Source: Chiloscyllium plagiosum
Lineage: Eukaryota
NCBI RefSeq assembly: GCF_004010195.1
Contig: NC_057718.1
Span: 23,298,349 to 23,337,835, forward strand
Length of the DNA: 39,487 bases
Reading direction: 5' to 3'
In this document: piece by piece, positions 35,551-39,487 of the stretch
How the letters are laid out: each line of letters begins with the position of its first letter
Numbering within the stretch: the stretch's first letter is position 1
Translations under genes and position numbers: made by a program
The notes under the pieces: model-generated
The model's database searches: none
The model's input: the letters and a program-made list of their open reading frames with translations, nothing else
Told to the model about the DNA's origin: nothing

Positions 35551-36370
35551 TCATGATGTGGAGGTGCCGGTGTTGGACTGGGTTGGACAAAGTCAGAAGT
35601 CACATGACAGCAAGTTATAGACCAACAGGTTTATTTGAAATCACAAGCTCGCACAGTGTTGCTCCTTCATCAGGTGAAGTGGTGGGAAGTGCACAGGCCC
35701 AGAATATTTAGGCTGACAGATAATGACAAAATTATTCCTGTCAACAGATAAGTACAAATGGTGTGCATGGAGTGTCGACAAGCTGAATAACAATGCTTTG
35801 CAGGTGATCAAAGTGTCAAGCGGTGTGAGTAAAGTGTCAATAGCTATATAACAGATCACTGTTGACACTCTGAATTACTTGAAATTATCTTGTCATTATT
35901 TCTTCGCCTCTACATTCTGTGCCTTTGAGCTTCCCTCCACTTCACCTGACAAAGGAACAGTGCTCCAAAAGCTTGTGATTTCAAATAAACCTGTTGGGCT
36001 ATAAACCTATTGGCTCAGTGGTTAGCACTGCTGCCTCACAGCACCAGGGACCTAGGTTCAATTCCAGCCTTGGGCAACTGTTTGTGTGGAGTTAGCACAT
36101 TCTATCCATGACTGTATGGGTTTTCTTCGGGTGCTCCAGTTTCCTCCCACAATCCAAAGGTGTGCAGATCAGATGGATTGGTCATGCTAAACTGCCCATG
36201 TTCAGGGATGCCTAGGTTAGGTGCATTAGTTAGGGGTAAATACAGGATAATAGGGTAGGGGAATGGGTCTGGGTGGATTACTCTGTGGAGGGTCAGTGTG
36301 AACTTGTCGGGCCGAAGGGCCTGTTTCCACATTGTAAGGATTCGATTCAATGGTGCCATGTAACTTTGAA
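35551..36370. mobile_element. Longer PLE-derived inverted-repeat element with degenerate hammerheads, right arm split by a SINE
   Basis: Left arm about 35590-35750 pairs with about 35860-36008 plus 36351-36370. Plus motif tcac-CTGACAA-A-GGAAC-agt-GCTCC-AAAAGCTT-gtga (35942-35978); minus CTGATGA at 35667-35673. Tail 35551-35590. TSD-like aacttccatag / aatttctatag. Confidence 0.8.
36011..36348 (+). mobile_element. HE1-type V-SINE, slightly 5'-truncated
   Basis: tggctcagtggttagcactgctgcctcacagc..ggttcaattcc..V-domain..gggcctgtttccacattgta. Confidence 0.92.
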
Positions 36371-36862
36371 TTTCTATAGCACTGTCTCCCTTTGCTATAC
36401 AGATCCAAATTTCACAGATCCTCCTTTTCTACTTCAGCAGCCTTAATTGTTTGATTGTTCTCTTCTTTGAAAACCCTTCCATCCAGTTACTGCCACACTC
36501 TTCCATTCAAAACTCACCCTCCTTTCATCTAGAAACACGTACTAACTTTCAAAAGCTGCTAACAGCTCCTTTCACTGCTTTGATAAGTACGGTCATGTAA
36601 ATGAACATAATTCACACTGAAGCTATTGTTGTTGATGGCACTGATGAGTTCATTATGTGAAAATAGTGAATGAATCTTGGTATTAAAGATATGTTTAATA
36701 CTGTTTAGGATGATGTGTTCATTTAAACTACAAGATCCTCGCAAATCACATAAATAGGACTGTGAATAGTGTTTTTAATTAAGTAGTGGGGAATCAGTAG
36801 AATGGAAAATTTCTGGAAAGAGCTGGTGGGAGGACTTTATTGGTCAGAGCATTGGCTGCCCT

Positions 36863-37049
36863 GTGGTGGAGACTGGTACAATTACAACATTTAAAAGGCA
36901 TCTGGATGGGTAAATGAAGAGGAGGTGTTTAGAGGGATATGGGCCAAGTGCTGGCAAATGGGGCTAGATTAATTTGGGATATCTGGTCTGCATGGGCGAG
37001 TCGGACTAAAGGGTCTGTTTCTATGCTGTACATCTCTACGACTCTATGA
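36863..37049 (+). mobile_element. CR1 (HER1-like) LINE short 3' end
   Basis: gtggtggagactggtacaattacaacatttaaaaggcatctggatggg...catctctacgactctatga. Confidence 0.9.
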
Positions 37050-37089
37050 CACAGCATAAGTTATTTAAGTTTCCAGAATAAGTAATAGG

Positions 37090-39240
37090 ACACAGAGTAT
37101 GGAAAGGGTCAGGTGTCTAACCTCAGGTCCAGCAGATGAGGGAACAACTGTGAGAAGGAGGCCTGTCACTGCAGGACTGCTGGTGTTGTACTTCAATTCA
37201 TGCAGTATACAAAACAAGGTAAATGAGCTTGTGGTACAGATTGAAATTGGCAGGTATAATGTTGGCAGGTATTGTTACAAAGGGTAAAAACATTGACTGC
37301 AGATGCTGGAAACTGCCTGACCTGCTGTGCTGTTCCAGCAATAAAGTTTCAACTTTGATCTCCAGCATCTGCAGACCTCACTTTCTCCTGGGGAGAAAGT
37401 AGCATAGAGTACAATGGGTGAGTGGAAGAGGGGATGAAGGTGATAGGTCAGGGAGGAGAGGGTGGAGTGGATAGGTGGAAAAGGAGATAGGCAGGTAGGA
37501 AGGAGCTTCAGGGCAGAGGAGTTGCAGTGGGTCAGGGCTGGGAATTAAATATCCAAGGGTACATATCTTACTGAAAGGGCAGGCAGATAAGCAGGGGTAT
37601 GGAGTTGCCTTGTTGGTAAGGAATGAAATTAAATCAATAGCAAGAAGTGATAAAGAATCAGAAGGCATAGAATCTGTATGGAGAGAGTTGAGGAACCACA
37701 AAGGAAGAAAAAAATCCTGATGGGAGTTTTGTATAGGCCTCCTAGCAGTAGTCAGGATGTGGGGGGAAAAAAACAGGAGCTAGAAAGGATAAGTAAGAAA
37801 TCACGGGGGATTTCAGTATGGAGATGAACTGGAAAAATTAAGTTGGTAGCAGATCTCACAAAAAGGAATTCATGGAATGTTTACAAGATGTTTTGTTTTG
37901 AAACTGCTTGTGGTAGAGCCCTGGGAATAGGCAATTCTGAATTTGGTGATGCGTAATGAGGCAGATTTGATTAGGGAGTTAATGTGAAGGAACCCCTAGG
38001 GGGCAGTGATCATAATATGATAGAATTCACCTTACAGTTTGAGAGGGAGAAGCTGGAATCAGATGTAACTGTAATACAATTGAGGAAAGGTAACACAAAG
38101 ACATAAGGAAGGAGCTGGTCAAAGTTGACTAGAAGGGGAGTCGAACAGGGAAGACTAACAGTGGTAAGAGTTTCTGTGAGATAACTCAGGAAGCACAGGG
38201 AAAATTCAACCCAAGGAAAAAGAATCATATTGAGGAGAGGAAAAGGCAAACATGGCTGACAAGGGAAGTCAGGAACAGTATAAAAGTAAAATAACAAGCA
38301 TGCAAAGTGGTGAAGAGCAGTGGGAAGCCAGAGAATTGGGTAGCTTTTAAAAATCAGCAGAGAATAACTAAAAAAGCAATAAGGGGGGAAGATGAAATAT
38401 GAGAGTATAACCTAATGTAAAAGATGGCAGGAAGAGTTTTTCTAAGTATCTGCAAAGTACGAGCGAGGCCAGCGTCGACATTGCACTACTGGAAAATGAA
38501 GCTGGGAAGCAGTAATGAGGAACAAAGGAATGGTGGAGGACCTGAATAGACACACTGCTTCAATTTGCACAGTGGAAGACATCAACAGCATTCCAGAACT
38601 TCAAGAGAGTCAGGGAACAGAAGTGAGCCCAGTGGCCATCCTAAGGAGAAGGTGGTGGAGAAGTTGAAAAGTTTGAAGGTGGATAAGTCACCCAGACCAG
38701 ATAGACCAACCATAGAGTTTTAAAGGAGACAGCTGAGGAGATTGTAGAGGCATTCGGTGTGGTGATCATTCAGGAATCACTGGAGTCGGGGGGGGGGGGG
38801 GGGGTTCCTGGAGGATTGGAAAATGGCTAATATAACTCACTGTTAAGAAGGGAGGGAAGCAAAAGACATGAAATAGCAGGTTGGTTAGCCTGACCTCAGT
38901 TTCTGGTAAGATTTTAGAGTCCATTATTCAGGGTAGGATTGTAGAGTAAGTGGAAGTGCATGGTAAAATAGGATGGAATCAGCACGGCTTTGTCAAGGGA
39001 AGGTCATGCCTGATAAATCTGTTAGACTTCTTTGAGGAGGTAATGAGCAACTTAGACAAAGGAGAGCCAGTGGTATATGATCTATTTGGATTTCCAGAAG
39101 GCCTTTGACAAGGTGCTGCACAGGAGGCTGCTAAATAAGATAATAGTCCATGATGTTAGGGGCAAGGTACTGGCATGGATAGAGGATTGGCTAACTGGCA
39201 GAAGGCAGAGAATAGTGAGAAAGGGGTCTTTTTCATGATG
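37090..39240 (+). mobile_element. CR1 LINE ORF2 relic (APE endonuclease to RT), frameshifted
   Basis: VLYFNSCSIQNKVNELVVQIEIGRYN..GWELNIQGY..GVALLVRNEIK..MGVLYRPP..PLGGSDHNMIEF..QHGFVKGRSCLINLLDFFEEV..YLDFQKAFDKVLHRRLLNKI..WIEDWLTGRRQR. Confidence 0.93.
37283..37500. mobile_element. Chimeric PLE terminal-repeat fragments nested in the CR1
   Basis: 37283-37313 and 37389-37460 match 39240-39270 and 39420-39487. The segment 37314-37388 is an oppositely oriented terminus of the 26795 family. Confidence 0.78.
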
Positions 39241-39487
39241 GTAAAAACAATGACTGCAGATGCTGGAAACCAGATTCTGGATTAGTGGTGCTGGAAGAGC
39301 ACAGCAGTTCAGGCAGCATCCAAGGAGCTTCGAAATCGACGTTTCGGGCAAAAGCCCTTCATCAGGAATAAAGGCAGTGAGCCTGAAGCGTGGAGAGATA
39401 AGCTAGAGGAGGGTGGTGGTGGGGAGAAAGTAGCATAGAGTACAATGTGTGAGTAGGGGAGGGGATGAAGATGATAGGTCAGGGAGG
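39240..39487 (-). mobile_element. Young PLE terminal repeat running off the window
   Basis: ggtaaaaacaatgactgcagatgctgg..cagcagttcaggcagcatccaagg.. is related to 26795 and interrupts the CR1 RT. Confidence 0.85.
39334..39369 (-). ncRNA. Minimal hammerhead ribozyme motif with a canonical core
   Basis: Minus strand attc-CTGATGA-A-GGGC-tttt-GCCC-GAAA-CGTC-gatt. Confidence 0.88.

Noticed and set aside
38788..38804. G17 run as a functional G-quadruplex
   Set aside because: It lies inside a dead CR1 ORF2 and is most likely homopolymer expansion or a sequencing artefact.

Overview
This is AT-rich, repeat-dense vertebrate DNA. The HE1-type V-SINEs, HER1/CR1 LINEs and DeuSINE-like repeats point to a shark or other cartilaginous fish (inference). 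I recognise no host protein-coding gene; the ORF track is almost all chance ORFs or decayed retroelement pieces, so the window is probably intronic or intergenic. It holds six HE1-type SINEs, many CR1 and CR1/L2-group LINE fragments (one about 2 kb with endonuclease and RT), REX1/Babar 3' ends, a Tx1/L1-like 3' end with a TSD, a badly decayed Gypsy gag-pro-RT relic on the minus strand that the ORF track misses, two related solo-LTR-like pieces, two MITE-like elements, a 40-bp minisatellite and one N gap. The most striking signal is about ten Penelope-like element (PLE) insertions from several families carrying minimal hammerhead ribozyme motifs (CUGANGA-N-stemII-GAAA-palindrome-UH). Most are back-to-back inverted pairs, with a 30-40 nt 3' tail on one arm only, 11-13 bp TSDs in several cases, and fold-back points close to the ribozyme core. 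PLE hammerheads are established knowledge; their density and stereotyped hairpin architecture here deserve follow-up. All alignments were done by eye.
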